DNA of 64,000 bases from Takakia lepidozioides (GCA_030704615.1 CM060734.1:16678001-16742000), one strand, 5' to 3'; shown: positions 38,238 through 52,350, counted from the stretch's first letter. Notes: a model not told the origin generated them from the letters alone. Program-made: numbers and translations.

Positions 38238-41200
38238 CTATTTTAACTTGCGCTTCTTTCTGGCCAGTTCTGACCTTCTTTCCTCCTCTTCAATCAATGC
38301 CAGTTCCCGATCATCTTCCTCTTTTGCAATCTTTGCACTGCATCACACAACTCCAGTTAAGAAGGGGAAACATCTTTCAAACTGATGTAACTCCAGACAA
38401 TCCACTTCAGATAACCTACTTATACAGGAGCCATATTACTACCAAGGACCCTAGCCTTTTATTCCAACAATTGATAAAAAGAGTCACTTATAGGATTGTG
38501 CTGGCTGAAGCCCTCGCCATCATAATTTGCATATGGAACACCACGGGACACCAGTTCAGCAACACACCTCCGACGTTCTTCTGCTTGAATCTTACTGAAG
38601 CCAACCTCCATGTTCCGGTCATCTTCATCGTCCACATCACGATACTTGTTGGGATTGTACCTGTTTCACTTGAACTTTAGCTTTGGGTGTTGGGTGTGCA
38701 ACTGTTAAACAACGAAATTTCTTGGTTCTCACGAAGGTTCACTGAGGACATCTCAGGCAAAGAAAGACCATAACAAACTTAGCAAACTGAAACACACAAA
38801 CAAATGAACAAATATGACTCAAGCCTTCAAGAGTCATACCAAGTACAAGACAATTTAACCATTCTTCACTAGCAGTAACTAGTTGGTAAGACTGGCACTG
38901 ACCTACCGGTACTTCATACAATACTGAGGGGAGCATGTTCAGATTGTACTCATAAGACGTTGTTTGCCGTAGCCTTGTGGCCATTGACCCCGCGCCCAGT
39001 TTGAGCGGGAACAAAAGGGACAGAACCTACCTCTGTCAGGGGCTGACGTTGGTAGTAAGACTTACCTCCATATAAAGACTTAATCCGGGTTTTCCAGATA
39101 TCCTCTAGAAATCCCTTCACACAAGCATCAATCTGCTGTGTGTGATTTGCCCAAAAACTAGGCCTCAGGAGGGCCTGGGCTTTTGGCTCAGCCTCGAGAC
39201 TTTCAAAGTTGGTAAACAGAGGTACAGGCACAATTCCCTTAATAGATTTGAAGAGAGCGTCTCTTTGGTGAGAGAACCCCGGACAGTGTATCAGAAAATG
39301 AATACTGTCTTCAGATTGCCCACACAACGGGCAATTGCACTCTCCCTTTCCTCTCTGCTTCTGTTTGCTGTTCAAAGGTAGGCTTCCTGCCCTGAGTTTA
39401 AATTTCAGTCTAGTGCCGAGAGTGGGTAGACCCTTGAGGTCATCCAAGATGTCCTCCCCCATGTCACAGACTGGAAACAAGTTCAGGGAAGTTTTCTGCC
39501 TAACTTCATTTTCATCAGACAATCTCATGGCAACAGACATGGCTGAGGACACTACAGCCTCTAAGTCAGATTTATCCAGCAGGGTCAGGACTTGCGGATC
39601 CAGGTCCAGGTCCTTGAGGATCTCTTCTACTCTCTTCTGCCAGGACTTAGCCTGTTTGACAGGGCGGTCCTGTTTCCAAGATATAGAGTCGATTAACTTA
39701 GGATATCTGGTGTTGGGCATATGTTGCAGCTGACCCCACCATCTGACCTTGAATTCATCTCGTCGGGAGCTTAAGGACGGAATGCCAAACTCACCCCGAA
39801 CAGCCACATTGGCTGTTTTGGAGCATGCTGACATACACTCCTTAAGCACCCCACTTGAATGGATTCTAGAGACTTAGCCTGGTTGGAGTTATCAACCCAT
39901 ATAGCAGATCCGTATTCCAAGGCAGGTCTAATAACGCGACAAAGCATGGTTTTCTTAACCTCAGAGTTGACCCCTCTGCAGTGGAAAAATTTAGTGAGCC
40001 CCAGAGCTTTGCCCTTGCCAGTTTGAACAACTTTCCGGATATGTGCATCCCAATTACAATTGGAGGAGAACTCAATGCCCAGGTAAGTGTAGGAAGGGAG
40101 GACCGGGATCTCTTGGCTACCCCACTGCCACTTAAGATCACTTCCTCCCTCTCCTCTGTCGTTGAATGCTACCACTGCACGTTCAGAGACAGAAACTAAG
40201 TATGTCTGAGCCCACTGTCAGAGTACTTCACAGATCTTCTTGTGCTGGCCTACCGGGGTTCAATGGTCAGCAGCAGTGCTGATAGATGAAAGGTATATCT
40301 GCAAAGGAAATCCTGTCCATAGAGTAAGTGCTTACCCGAACATCTTTTGTATTATGCTGGAGACACCATGATAACCACCCCTGCCATGCTCATCTCCATC
40401 AGCCAAAAAAGAGTCCGATGACTCCTCATTGTCCGAACCCCTCCGTCTCAGTTGCTGGCTATCAACCTTTCTTAATTTATTTGGTCTCAAGGGCCCCGGT
40501 TTTATAGGAGCTTTGAAATGTTTTGCTTGCACACCCTGAAACAGTCACAGAATAAGCACATAGACAAGTATGATTTCTGCATCCCACAACATAAACAGTA
40601 ATCCAAACCAATCGAATGAAGCATCACTACCACAAACAAACAGGATAAGCAACGACATACCAATAATCTATAACTGCCATAAATTCAGAGCACCTTCAGG
40701 AGTTGAAAGATTCCAACACCTCTCCCAGGAGCAAACTTGAACCTCAGCCATTTTGAGACGGGACTCGTTCTAGGCACTACGAACAACAAACCTGTCTTGA
40801 AGTTTCGGACTGCTGCCTTACTTGAGCTCCACCAACTGAAGCTGGTCTATACAAGGCATTGGTAGGCACCCTCTTCTGCACGCCACTGCCTTGCACCTGA
40901 GCATAGCCTTTGCGTTCATCCCTCAAACTGCTCCTTGCAGACGCGGTATTAGATCCAGTAGTGGACCTCCTCAATCCCTCACTTGCTTCCACACGGAGTG
41001 GCGGACCTGGCCCAGAGATAACCTTGGTTGGCAGAGGTTTGGAGTGCCCCCTAACCAGATTTGATACATCTGGTCTCTTCAGTTTGTCTGAGGCAAGTGA
41101 CTGTTGGGACTTGACAGGCTTATTATATGAGGAAGGTTGTGAGGCTCCCGAGGATTTCAACCTCTGGTCAGATTTTGACCTCTCCATTTCTGGCGTATGA

Positions 41201-43261
41201 GATTGTCGAAATTTATTTTGCTGATGCAGGTTTGATGACGAAGGTACTCTGGATTTTGAAGTGTTGACAAGCTTCAAGGGTTTGGAAGAACGAGATGAAG
41301 CATCCTTTGTTGATGCAGCAGTCCGGTGTTGCTCTGAACTTTGACGTTCACCTACCACCTTCTTTGTGCCTTCCAGGTGTGCTCTCAATCCTGCACCAGA
41401 AGAGTTCAGGAAGTTTTCAGGAGAGCATGAGGACACAATGAAATCAGACAACATATAGGGCACTACACAAACTGAAAACAACTCTGGTGACAAAGTACAT
41501 AAGCTGCAAGCCAAACCTCTTTGAAACTACTGAGCACGTCAAAACTAGGGACTCATAGGACTGCTTGCACAACTACCTGTGTGCTGTGTTCACTAGTGAA
41601 ACTCCTTAGGTCTACTGTGCACCGCAGGTAGCAGTGTCCTAGGGTCAAAACTAATATATAGACATTATGCGAGTCCCACAAAACTGAGAAGCAAGCTTCA
41701 TGCAGTTAGGGCTACAATTCTTTCACTCAATCTTCATTCAGGAGATTTTTATCCAACCACTAAATCATACCAGGCTTTGGAGCTTGTGAAGACTTGTCAG
41801 GGGCTTTACTCGGTGCATCTGAAAATAGAAACGAATAGTCACGTGCCTCTTTTAACTGCTGGGCTTTCAATGCAACCTGTAGAAGTTATTTCAAATTTGT
41901 CATTAGGTGAGAATACCAGATAAACAAATAGTTTTGCTTGAACACGTACTAGTACAGTTGGCATCTTTCCATTCAATCATCTTCTCAACAGCACTAAGTG
42001 CAATGAAAGGATAACGAAGTAACAACATGAAATTGAGTTGATATTGCACGAATCAATACACACAAAAGTAGATTCAAAATAACCTTTTCAAGTTACCAAC
42101 TATGCAGATGTGCAACAACCTGGTCATTATAGGAAATACACACCTAACGTTTTGTCTGAATTGGCATCGTTATGCCACTTGACAGCCCCAATATTCGTAC
42201 TCTAACTTCTCTCTCCTTGTCAAAGATTGGAGTGTAAGCCGATAGCCTCCCATCGAGCAATTTTGTAGTGATATTGAAGCTGGATGCATGATTTCAACCT
42301 ACCTCGTTTATAGGCTTGACTGGCGTTGAAACCCTTCTCTCTCCAGGTTTAGAAGTGCTTGCAGATCTAGAGCTTGGCACAGCAGATGACAAAGATGGTC
42401 GTTTTGTTGCAATTTGCTCAACCTAAACACCAGGGCCTCTGAAGTTAAAACAAACCTGTAGCTGTCACCCCATCTGCTACTCTAGACAAAATGAGCTCTG
42501 ACCTGAAGTTCTGGTGTTGTTTCAGTCACATTCAGGGACATGATGACTCGCAAGGGTTAAGGAGCTGTTCTGTACATATTATCCTGCTTCCTCACTTCTG
42601 TGCTTTTCTAACTTACGAATTTAGCAGGTCAATGGTAAATTTAAAGTCAGAACCTCTGTTTAAGATGCAGGCGAAAGAGGTACATATAGCCAAGGTTGAC
42701 TCTGCCCAGTGTAGCATTTGTCAAACTAAAAGGTGGTTTCTAATGTCCAGTCTTCCACTCAGAGACTTACTATGATTTGAAGTGAATCAATATCAATTGC
42801 TATGAACAAGGAAGTTATACACCTAAAAAAGGGAGAGAAAGAGAGATGGAACAGCTGCAAAGCCAAAGGTTTACAATATTAATCTTTACCTACAATTTCT
42901 GCACAGTAAGGAAGAAAAGAGGCATAACATGCTAGCTGGAACCAACCTGGGCCTGCTTTGCAGCTCGGGCGGCGACCATTTCAGAGACCTTCCTGGCAGC
43001 AGCTTCATCAAGGATGCGCTTGGCCACAACAGGCTTGGAGGGACCGAAGAAGGAACCAAAACTGCACAAAGAGTTTGCCAAAGACATGAAGTGGAATAAC
43101 GGAGCAAAATCAACCTGAGCATTGAAGAAAACAGAAAATTGCAACGGGCGCACCAGCTTGCACAATAAAAGGACCTACCTTCGGTCATATGGAAGAGCAC
43201 GCTTCTTGCCCTTCGTGTTTGAATCCAACTGCAATCGCCCCTCTGCCATCGCAGGGGTCAT
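38238..43261 (-). CDS. SPT2: SPT2 chromatin protein (histone chaperone), multi-exon host gene
   Basis: Exons approx. 43178-43261 (KKRALPYDR), 42946-43061 (FGSFFGPSKPVVAKRILDE), 42303-42423, 41771-41818, 40792-41390, 40336-40535 (DSFLAD..GVSSIIQKMFG), 38568-38660 (YNPNKYRDVDDEDDRNMEVGFSKIQAEERR), 38238-38337 (SAKIAKEEDDRELALIEEEE..stop); GT-AG introns. Confidence 0.9.
38944..40176 (-). mobile_element. 5'-truncated LINE (RTEX-like) in an SPT2 intron
   Basis: YTYLGIEF..W..HI, RPALEYGSAIW, AVRGEFG, LKFKLRAG, CPLC..EDSIHFLIHC zinc finger, terminal GVNGHKATA; one frameshift; 11-bp TSD gcatgttcaga (38933-38943) / gcacgttcaga (40177-40187). Confidence 0.85.
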
Positions 43262-43989
43262 AGACCGAGCATAGAACCTGCTTCAGGCAGAAGCGTCAAG
43301 GATCATCTACAAGCCTTCACGTAAAACAAGTGCTATCGCGTTAGGGCTTGCCCTACCAACATAGACCCTAAAACTACACTAACTTAACTCTCGCACACAT
43401 ATATAATAGGGTGCAAAGGGAAATAAAAGAGAAAAGCAGAGTCCTTTTCTAAATTCAGACATGCATGCAACAAGAAAACAGTTAGGTTAGAAGGCATTGG
43501 CCACCGGCCACAGCAGCGGGAGTGTCTTTTCCTTACCTCTTGAATGGTGCACTTTGTTGATTAAAGAGGCTAGAAACAGCCAATCATCCTCAGCCTTGTG
43601 CGCCGCACTTGGTACCTCATGACCCAAATCACCCTTTCTTCTCCCTACATTCGCTTCTGCACTAATTTACATATCATCTCTCAAGCAAGAAAACCAATTT
43701 TCTTTGATACTCGATCCCATGAATTGCATGCTCCCCTCTCAAGAACCTCCCGCTCATGTCTTAACATTGACTGCACTGTGATCAACAAGAGCATTCCGCA
43801 CCTCTGCCCTCGAGAAGCATATCAGTAGAACGAATGCTTCTTCCCTCAGCCTTTCCCCTACAAACAGTAACCTACTGTGAACATTCGTCCAGAATCCATC
43901 CATACCTCAGACTGCCTGTCTAACTGAGATCCCCCTGAAGAATATCCCACATCCAAAGATTCCTTCACCCTAAGCTGTTACTCTCTATA

Positions 43990-44265
43990 CTAGGGTAGCA
44001 TGTGCGATTGGCCCAAGCGTCGAGTGTCATCTATGTCCAAGTGCAATCCCCTATGTATCCAAGAGTGTCTCTTATGTCGAGCCCCAAATGTGACCTCTAG
44101 GGTAGTCTGTGCCGTTGGCCCAAGTGTCCAATGTCATCTAAGCCCAAGTGTAAGATCTTCTATGTATCCCAGCACGTCTCCTATGTCAAGGCCCAAGTGC
44201 GACCTCTAGCGTAGCTTGTACCTTTGGCCCATGTGTGAGGAATTGAAATCTAAGACCAAGTGCAA
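43990..44265. repeat. Degenerate ~108-bp tandem repeat, ~2.5 copies
   Basis: ctagggtag..ttggcccaag..tgtcatcta..cctatgt..gacct units. Confidence 0.75.
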
Positions 44266-45991
44266 TTTCTTAGAGGAGACCACGCATCAGATACAAAATA
44301 GGAGAAGATCCTAATGTACAAGCACCCAAACATAGCAGATATACTTTCATTAGTTAACATTGCTCTTGATATTAATGAGCATCAAATATAAATTTGTATA
44401 ATTTTTTATTTTTGTGAAATATGTTTTTAATCAATAACAGCCACCGGTAAATGGCTGGAGACCACCGGTGAAAACCGGTCGTTGTTTCTTCTTCCTTGAT
44501 CTCTTGTTCGCAAAAGTCTGGCCTTCGTGGGATGTGGGCGTGGAGTGGGATGTGTTGCGTGGATTCGTGGACAAAGAGGGCAGTCGTGACAGCATGCGCA
44601 TCCTCATGGTGCAATCTCCTCTCTGCGATGATGAATCGCACCAATTATGTTCTGCAGACTGCGTTATCTTCCGTAATTCCTCTACCCGCCCCTCAAATCC
44701 ACCTATCCCACCTCACTCACCTTTGCATTAGTGTTCCAGATGACTAGTGTATGCATGCATATAAGCAAGTAACTTGCACTCAACAACAGACGGTTCCAAC
44801 GTGCAGCAAGCATTGCTTTGGGGGTGCCAACGGGTGTGTTTGGGATATTGTAGGTTTTCGATGTGCAACTTTTAAGATGTTGGACGGGGGGATTGTATGG
44901 TGACATGGAAACCCTAACTATATTGTTATTTGACTCTCAGAAAGAAGCAGCAGTAGCTCTGGAGGAGGAGGTTCGGTATTAAAGGTGTTGATCATCCTTG
45001 CTTGGTAGCTACCATTTTAATGTGGGGTGGTAGGGCTTGTGATAGGGGCTTGTGGCTTCTCAGTGTTTGTTGCCTAGGTTTCAAGAATCGAAAGGCCATT
45101 ATGGGGAATACAGTTCCTGTAGGGCCCAATACCACTGACAGAGGAGGTCAGAGTCAAAAGCTCCTAGCACACAGAGAAGGTCTCGGGTTGTTGGAGCCGA
45201 GTGGCAGCATATAGATGAGGTGAGTAAAGATTGTAAGGTCTGTTTCCTTGCAAAAGATTGCCAAGGTGTGGCTCCAAAGAGTTGGTTTTAGTTTTCAGTC
45301 CCCTTTTGTCTTTAGGGAATGTAGCCAGTATAAAGTTTTATGTATGTTTGTAAACAGGGGTGGTGTATGACGAGAAGGAAGAGGTTCGGGGGCTTTTGAA
45401 GAAGGTCAGTGCTTTATTTCTCTCTAGGAGTATCATTAAATTTCTCTCGTCTGAGTAGTTCCGACAGACCATGACTAGATGGATTTAACCTATAATTGAG
45501 AAATATGGATTGCCAGAATACACTAACCGAGATTGATTAAATGTGTGTAGATGTGAGTGGAACTTCAATATCTGTGTTACAAGGAGTCAACAAATACCTT
45601 ATGATCTTGACCGTCTATTGCTGACTATGACGCATCATTAAGGGCAGGATTTTCAAATCGCGATAGTCGACGTGCCGGTGCGATTACCGACGATCACCAG
45701 TCTCCATGTTTCTATGGAGTGGGAATACCTGCTATCGCGCACGTATCTGTCTCTCACTTGGGTCCTGTTGTATCTGTCAGTGTCACTGTTGATTTGTAGT
45801 ACAGCTCTAACACCTCGGACGTGCGTGAGTGATTTGGCGAGCGTGACTAGTTAGAAGAACGTATGACCTCTTGGAATACACAATGGATACTAATGTTGAC
45901 CCCACTGTGAGATCTGACATTTTACGCAAAGTGAAGCAAGAGGGGGAATATCACAGAAAGGGCTTGCGGCCTGGTTTCTCAACGCCTCTTT

Positions 45992-47315
45992 ATGGAACGT
46001 TCGGTTCCTAAGTTGGGCGATGGCGGCTCTCTAACTAAGAAAATTTTCGCAGAGAAGTATGGGTTGTACGCTGAAGGGTTGAGTCCTAAACCTGTCAGAG
46101 TGCCTAGAGATGTTAGCTCAGAAAACGTCGAAAAACTGTTTGGGCCAGTCATCAACAAAAACGGACATAGTTACATTCACAGTAATGACCAAGGGTTGAT
46201 AGCGAGAGTAGAGAACCTGTGGATGATACTACACCAGAAGGCATATGTTCCATCTTCACGACTGATTTCACTGGGTATGGCTAGAGGAATTACATGTGAG
46301 CAACAAGGGAAGAAGATGAATTGGGCTCTCTATGGAGAGTGGACGAATGCTGAGCAGCGACGACGTAAGGCAATGTCTGAGGCCCTGTCAATGCTAAGTG
46401 TAGGTGAAGAGGTGGACTTCAAAGTGGAAGAGCAAGGATATGACAACAATGGGAAAACTAAAAGCAATGCAGGTACTACGATTTTTGTGTCTGGACCTAC
46501 ATTTTGGCAAAAACTCGCTTCTCGTTCTTTCACGTCAATGAAGGTGTTTAGGGTTTAATGTGTGACGGAAGATGGTCTAATATTGCATGTGTATGCTTTC
46601 TTTGTGCAGGTGTTGTCCCAGAAGAGCTTCAACAATATGTTGCTTTTGCACAGAAGATGCTAGAGGAGGCCCAGGAGAAGATACTGTTGGCTTAACTTAA
46701 GGAAGACACTCCGATGGCATGCATGCGAGCACAGAGCCAAATGGAGGATCAAAATAACCATTTGACAAGAGCCCAAAATCGCCTGACATCCTTGCTTGCT
46801 GAGTTAGAGAGTCTGAAATGTGAGGAGGCATCTGTATCGAGAGATGTGTTGCAGAAAAAGATAGACTCACAGAAAAGCGTAGTCGACGCTTTCCAAGCAC
46901 TTGATAGTGAAGGTAAGGAAGAGAATGAGCGTGTCAATCGCAACTCGAAAGTTGTAAGCGGCAGATTGTATGCTCTGGAAGATAAAGTCACGTTGGCTAA
47001 ACGCCACCATGAAGCCGCAGTTTCACTTACAAGAAAGGTACAGAAGGGGCTGGCCAAATATTCTTTATGTTTACCTCTTCCATCTACATCAATCATGAGA
47101 AACGGAGCAAGTTTACAAAGCAGCTTATGGGTTGAACATTGTCCCTTTTGTGGGCTGGGACCAATGTGGGCAGGGATGATAGCTTCATGTAACATGTTTA
47201 CCACCCTTGGCGCGGAAATGTCCACTTAGTCGTTCAACTAATTGTATCGAGCGATTATGTGAAGAGGAAATGCAGGAAGGTCTGTGTTGGCATCCAGAAG
47301 CCGGGTACTGGAACT
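45992..47315 (+). pseudogene. Spliced coiled-coil protein with degenerate C-terminal RING-like finger, likely TE cargo
   Basis: ORFs 45992-46558 and 46714-47229 with a probable intron (acceptor near 46609); CPFCGLG..IASC followed in another frame by HVYHPW..; premature stop and frameshifts. Confidence 0.5.
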
Positions 47316-48200
47316 AACAAAGGAGATCAGCATCAACAGCGCACACCTGAAGATTGCACCACTCCAGGTGAGTCCCAAAACTATTCTTGAAACTATACTT
47401 TTGTGAGTCCTCTAGTCTAGATAGCTCAATGCTATCCGTTTTGGGTTGGCGAAGTTGAGGAACAGAAGCAACAGTGGCAGGTTCACGTGTCGTGGAATTC
47501 CTATCCAATGTAGCAGGTGTTCCAAACACTCTATATCGCACTTCACCTGTAAATGGCAAAACCCATTATTTTCTCTCATTGTCTCGAATTGGATCCAAAA
47601 TGCGATATGTTGTGCCGGAACCGCCATCGATCTCAGGCTCTTCAACAACCAACGAGAATGGGTTGATGCCAAATCTGCCTCGAATTACTTTGTCCTTGAG
47701 AAAGACATGTTGTCCCTCAGCCATGACCTTGATATCGTCCATGCCAGGTGGGCAGTTCAGCAGCACGAAGGACTCCATACTGGCCGACCTCAATACTGCA
47801 CCACAGTGGTACCGAACACGAGCGGGTGGGGTGCACTGGCAAATGCAGAAAGCCTCTGAGCACGGAATCCACACTCCTCCGATCATCACCAAGCATGCAT
47901 GGAATCTGTGATATGGACTAACGAACTGTACTAGCAACGGTCAGAAATTATTGAGAATTTTTCATCCGTCTGTTTTCAATAATATTTTTCCATCCGTCTC
48001 CATCCATTAAGGATTTTGTTAGCAATGGTCGGCACGAATCTCAAGCGGAAGAGGTGCACGGTGCCCACAACGTTCCCTCCACAAAGGATGTGAAGATTCA
48101 AAATAATTCCGAAGAATCAGAAGAACCATAGTGAACGAAGATAGTAAGTGCCCATGGACATAACCACAATGTTGCGCGGCCTTTACGGCCACGGTAGGTG

Positions 48201-51200
48201 TTAGTCGCCACCGACTTCAGTGAAGGACTCTATTTTGTGGCATACGTGGGGGAAGTCGGCGGCGACTATCCCCTCCAATCATGACCGACATTGCATAGTT
48301 GGGATGTAGTCGCTGCCGACTACATCCTTTCCGTTCAATATGGCCAATCTTGTGCTTTCCATGGCACTTTCATGGTGAGGATGAAAACATGGATCAGACG
48401 ATTTCCATGTATAATTACAATGTAGTCGGCAACGATTACAGTATTGTATTCATATTGTGGAGAGTACAATTGAAAATGATTATCCATCCTAGGATGAAAA
48501 TGAGGTGCCTATTTTTCATCCATGGGGAGCGGCATGAAGAGGTAAGGGGAGGAGAGGCTGCCATGTGGCACCGATCGGACAGTTCCTACATTTGGTGGAG
48601 CCTCAAGTGATCATATGCTTGTCACGAGCATGAAGTTCTAATATCTTGGGTGGTCTGTGCAACCTCATTGTTGTCCAAAGTACACACTGTCTTCGCCCCT
48701 CCTTTGCAAGGATGCCGTGTTTCCGGAACGAAATCGAGTGCCCTTATGGAGGCATGGATTACGAACTCTTTGCGCCGACACCAGGAGACGTGGTTATTTG
48801 GCTGACTGATTTCGTAGACGAGTCTGGGGCGAAGCGGGAATCGTTGACAGCGTTCGAGTATTTGCCAGGCCAGTACCTTTTCGAGAGGAGTAAGGATCTA
48901 GGTCTATCAAGTCCGTGGCTCTTCCACATCGTTGACTCCGACTTTCGCACCTACGGTGGGCGAGCGGGAGAGTGTGCACGGCCATGCTTTGGCGGTGGAA
49001 CTGCTGCCAATGGACGTGGGTGAACTCCATCACGAGACGTACACTCTCCAACCAAGCACTTTCTCATATCCAATGTATGGGGACATTTGCATTGGGATGT
49101 CCCCCGAGATGGAGGCGGACTCTGGGCCCACAATGAAGCTGTCCATATTCGATGGTGGTTTGATTGAAGGACACGACATTTGTCGTCAACTTGAAAAGGG
49201 CCGCCACAACGACTGCAATCCACTTTACTTGGAGGAGCCCCCTCACTCATGAGCTGGTCTTCAGACCAGTCGAAGTTCCATCCACTTCGTGACTTCTATT
49301 CAGTTGGCATATGCTTTTCACTTGCAAGCAGCAGGAGTAGAGTTGGCGAGCTTCATTTGCAAGTAATGTGGATCAATAAAAAACCCATTGTGACCTCTCA
49401 TATGTGGAATTTGTTCTCACAATTGGCTCTCACAATTTGTTCTCACAATGTCGCACTCCTCATGTCGTGTGGGATTGGGATCGGGGGTACATTATGTAAG
49501 TGCTTGCCACGCTATAATCGGCATCGACTGGAGACATCATTACCACCTTCGAAAAGTGGTAATGATGACTATGTGGGCGTCCATTGAAATCGTCCATTTG
49601 GACATAGTCGGAGCCGAGTATGGAGTGAAGACACCGAAAGTCCTTGAGAGCTTCCACATTCCGGGGTTGGTGGTAGTCGGCACCGACTCCAACGTCCTCC
49701 ACTCGGTTTTTATACACATACGGGAAGTCGCCACCGACTACAAAAATAGGGGATTGGCGGAAAAATCGACTGTAGTCGATGCCGACTACATAGCCTAGAT
49801 GGTAAAATGTGCGAAGTGTAGTTTCAATGACCTGTTGTGGTGGTAGTTGATAGCGACTATCCGCACGGATAATGCCACCCATTGTTAAATTCCGTAGTAG
49901 TCACTGCCGACTACAACATTAGCATACAAAATGAAAAAATGTTAAGTTTGCATGGTATCATTGGGTCGTTGACGGCCCTTCATAAGGCTTATGGAAAGCC
50001 GGATTTTCCGTGGTCCTTCAAAAGTGTATGCTCCATGAACACATAGTCGGGAACGACTACGGTAATCTACATCACGACGATGACGGTGTGGCATGTGCAT
50101 GTAGTCGGTAGCGACTATCCGTTGGAATCATGACACCCATTGAACAATTGGAATGTAGTCGCTGCCGACTACATTATTTCGCATAGAACATGTTGTAATG
50201 CGAGGTTTTGGTGTGTCCAAAACCTACGGTCTTGGACGCTTGATAAACGTCGGTAAACATCCGTAAACTTCGCTTCGCTCTTTCGTGTCCATACGATGAG
50301 TCCGAAACAGGAAATGGCTAATTGGTCAATGAATGTGTTCCGTGTGGCCATTACGCAATACAGTTCGGGACGATGAAATTGTATTGTGGGTTTTATTTTC
50401 TTTATTAGTAATAAAATATTATAGTAATATTGTGTAACATTTTCGGCCACAAGTATGTATGCATGAAATTCAAATTGAACTTGTTCCGTATAATGTACGA
50501 ATGAAAAATTGTTGTGAATGTGGAAGTGGATGACGTTTTTGGGGATGCTAGCATCCATTCATTTTCGAAATCAAATTTTGGATTGGAGATTTCGCCGCGT
50601 TCCATGGAGTACACATCCAACATGGATGAGGGCACATGGCTCGTAAGCATAGGTGTAGTATTTTAGGCATCCGTTGAGGGCCGCATAGAGTTGTTTTGTC
50701 ATGCCTTTGTGTGTGCTCCACTGTGCCCCCTGCTGTGAACTCGTTTTTCCACCTCTCGACCCTTCGCATTCCTTTGCACTGTGGAGCTGCGGAAGTTGAG
50801 TCACGGAGCACATTGGGGATGACGACGACGAGTTTGCCCTGTCCACGCAAAATCGTAGGGTCCTACGCACTCGCATGGTCGTCTCCTAGCAGAGTACTGA
50901 GGGCGGTCCGGGTAAACCACCATAGAAGACCGGGAAGCTCCGGAAGAAAGGAATGACCTCGCAGGAAGGAGGCATGGTGTCCACAGCCGCCACCTTCTCC
51001 GGGGAACGCATTCCTCAATCGTCCCCTACAGCAGCAACCGGCGCCTCGCCTGGTCCAGCCACAAGCGCACAGGGAGGTGGGACCTCCAATCCGGCGAGTG
51101 CCTTCAACGTTCAAGCAGACATAGTGTTGACTGCTGACATGCACAAGCAAGCGCTTTTGTCCTTGACAACAAGCGCGATGAACCACACTATGAGCTCCAT

Positions 51201-52053
51201 TGCGCACTTGCTGAAGAATGGGGCTCCTCCACGAATCCCGTTGTGTAGGATGAAGCCACTTCCGGCTGTTCAAATGGCAGAGCGACCGGGCATCAACAAG
51301 CTCAAGCTATTCTTCGAAGCAGATAGGTACAACGAAGCCTTGGCCTCATTGCTGCTTTCTACAAACAACGACAATGGAGAGTCGCAAGAAATCGAAGCCG
51401 CGGATCGGGAAAAATGGTCGGCACAATGGCAGGTAGCGGACGCCGCATTTGAGAACGACATCAAGAACACAGAGTGGGAGTTCCTATCGAACAAATGGCT
51501 CCACATATATGACGGCAATCACAGGTGGTACACATGGATGGAGGTAATCTCAGAGCAACACGCCGACGATGCGAGCTGGCACTACCGTGTAAATGCGAAA
51601 ATAATGGATGTGAGGAGTTCGGATCTTGGACTCATACGACGAGCAATGAACAGAATGAATGTGTGAGTATTCCTTTACATCTCTGCTCACATGAGCGTAC
51701 CTTTCATTTCACCCTGAGCATGGGTGATCCTGCACCTATCGTATCCACACCTCTCCAAACGTGGTTATAGTCGGCAACGATTAGTGCATATTATGGACAT
51801 GCACACTGCAGAGACAATAATGCCCATGCACGACAATGGGTGTAGTCGGGACCAACTACAACTCCCTACGCACAAGTTGGGCGATATTGGGGATATAGTC
51901 GGTGCCGACTACCACTGTGTTAACCTTTTACAAACCTCGTTTGCTTTACACTAATTGTGGAGGGCAGAAGTAGACGTGCTTTATGTTTATTGTTTCCTTC
52001 TTGTTTTAATTCTCTATTGATTCCAGCACGATGTATTAGTCGGTCCCGACAGC
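48201..52053. repeat. Dispersed array of ~18 GTAGTCG-N4-CGACTAC palindromes flanking the ParB-like ORF
   Basis: Copies at 48201, 48252, 48306, 48422, 49514, 49604, 49673, 49724, 49772, 49843, 49897, 50043, 50101, 50155, 51767, 51842, 51895, 52036. Confidence 0.9.
50953..51666 (+). CDS. ParB/Srx-like domain protein (probably first exon), paralog of the gene at 30.9-37.3 kb
   Basis: RIPLCRMKPLPAV..KLKLFFE..W..QW..FE..HIYDGNHRWYTW..H..AMNRMN aligns with the other gene; GTGAGT donor at 51663 at the homologous position. Confidence 0.75.
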   Translation: MTSQEGGMVSTAATFSGERIPQSSPTAATGASPGPATSAQGGGTSNPASAFNVQADIVLTADMHKQALLSLTTSAMNHTMSSIAHLLKNGAPPRIPLCRMKPLPAVQMAERPGINKLKLFFEADRYNEALASLLLSTNNDNGESQEIEAADREKWSAQWQVADAAFENDIKNTEWEFLSNKWLHIYDGNHRWYTWMEVISEQHADDASWHYRVNAKIMDVRSSDLGLIRRAMNRMNV

Positions 52054-52209
52054 AGCACTCACTCGGAGGGATACAACTCATGGGACATAATGGAAACAAA
52101 CGAGACAAAGGAAATGAAATGTTTCTTTAGCAGGAGGCCACAGAATCCCAAGCCATACTCTTTAACATCAACTTTGTAATGGCTGTGGGAAGCTTCCCAA
52201 TGACGCAAT

Positions 52210-52350
52210 GGCGTGAGCGTTGCGCGTGAGCGCGCGAGCGTACGCTCATGCCAGCTGACGTGGCGTGAGCGTCATGTCAGCATGCTGATGTGGCGGCAAA
52301 TGATGACGTGGCACTGTCCGTCATCTGCCACGTCAGCATTAACATGCGCC
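52210..52350. repeat. GC-rich self-complementary block of GCGTGAGC and TGACGTGGC/GCCACGTCA motifs
   Basis: Seen directly; a similar block lies at 29862-29980. Confidence 0.65.

Noticed and set aside
45575-45918. Short TG..CA solo-LTR candidate
   Set aside because: No TSD and no second copy in the window
48201-50172. CRISPR-like appearance of repeats with unique spacers
   Set aside because: Repeats are 18 bp and degenerate, spacing is irregular, no cas genes, eukaryotic context
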